From Promethearchaeota archaeon (GTDB lineage: Archaea; Asgardarchaeota; Lokiarchaeia; Sigyniarchaeales; SOKP01): a stretch of 60,942 nt of DNA. A program made the position numbers and the translations under genes. Positions 60,156-60,942 of this stretch are shown in pieces. The stretch is taken from assembly GCA_048938895.1 (NCBI GenBank), contig JBHLLU010000023.1, positions 2,147-63,088 on the forward strand, given 5' to 3'. Below the pieces are notes generated by a model, which was not told where the DNA came from, ran no database searches, and saw only the letters and a program-made list of their open reading frames with translations. The first letter of the stretch is position 1. Every line of letters begins with the position of its first letter.

Positions 60156-60307
60156 ATGTGTAATTTCAATTTCACCTTTTTTAAAGGATTTATAAGTTAT
60201 TTTTTAATAAATTAGCTGTCGTTAAAAATTTTGTATCTATCGACTATAAATAAAAACATTCACGCATCTATTTTATTATGATGGACTATCATAAAAAGTA
60301 ATATTTA

Positions 60308-60688
60308 TTAATCAGAAAGAAGAGCAAAGATTAAGATTAAATCATCACCGGCTAAATTAACCCGTTTTTCAATTGAATAGACCCTTTCATTTCCTTTGTA
60401 GAAAAAATAGCTAAAAAACCTGTTATCTATATAAGGGATGCTATCCGCGAAGAGAAAGTAATAGTTATCTCTTAAATCATCGATGTCAATCTCAAAGAAA
60501 TCTATAAACTCTTGTAAATGGGTTTCATTACTATCAAATACAGGGAGGTTTCTTTCGAAAATACGACAATACTTCTCTAGAAGAACGGCTAATTTCTTAA
60601 CTAGAATAGCTCTTTGAATCTGCTCACCACTTTCAAAAAGACTCTTTTTTAAGGCAAACACTATTGATGCTACTAATTCTACAGGCAT
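60308..60688 (-). CDS. Hypothetical protein
   Basis: 126-aa ATG ORF; no recognisable motif. Confidence 0.5.
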   Translation of the reverse strand: MPVELVASIVFALKKSLFESGEQIQRAILVKKLAVLLEKYCRIFERNLPVFDSNETHLQEFIDFFEIDIDDLRDNYYFLFADSIPYIDNRFFSYFFYKGNERVYSIEKRVNLAGDDLILIFALLSD

Positions 60689-60863
60689 TATGAAGAAAAA
60701 GTAAGTGAGAAAAATTTATAATATTTTAGGGTACTGTAAAAAAAACTATAAATATTTCAAAAGAACCTTAGCAAAAATAGAAAAAGATTTAATTTTATTC
60801 AATGAATTAGATTAAAATATAAAATAATACTAATAAAAAAAATATGTGAAGAATGGGTTATTA

Positions 60864-60942
60864 TTATTCAATTTTTTCGAACATATCTTTTCCTACTCCA
60901 CAAACAGGGCAAGTCCAATCATCTGGTAAATCTTCAAACTTG
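60864..60942 (-). CDS. Rubredoxin (or rubredoxin domain), 5' part outside the window
   Basis: KFEDLPDDWTCPVCGVGKDMFEKIE*. Confidence 0.9.
   Translation of the reverse strand, partial: KFEDLPDDWTCPVCGVGKDMFEKIE

Overview
AT-rich (roughly 30% GC by eye) archaeal core-genome window whose gene content points to an Asgard archaeon, most likely Lokiarchaeia. That content includes archaeal r-proteins, aIF6, TFB, Gar1, Nep1, ArcS/RaSEA, CdhE, plus roadblock, uDENN/longin, SNAP-like TPR and Get3/ArsA proteins. Main discovery: two conserved protein-coding genes, dnaG and the flavodiiron gene fprA, are each split by a short stop-containing, frameshifting insert of 37 and 47 nt. Each insert folds into a bulge-helix-bulge (BHB) motif. 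Cutting at the canonical tRNA-splicing-endonuclease positions restores the conserved protein motif exactly (GAIFGQ|TEGLL; HRGS|SYNAY). The two inserts share an AATTCA...TAGCCWTTTCGG core, which suggests a family of BHB mRNA introns. The window also holds a tRNA-Phe(GAA) with four BHB introns and a degenerate copy of its 3' end, several essential genes that appear to start at ATT/ATC, an unidentified ~300-nt structured RNA, a sulfur-relay/Fe-S cluster with a Lys-to-Asp IscS and an IscU fused to a thioredoxin-reductase-like domain, and a small membrane ORF with an in-frame TGA. All calls were made by eye; no searches were run.
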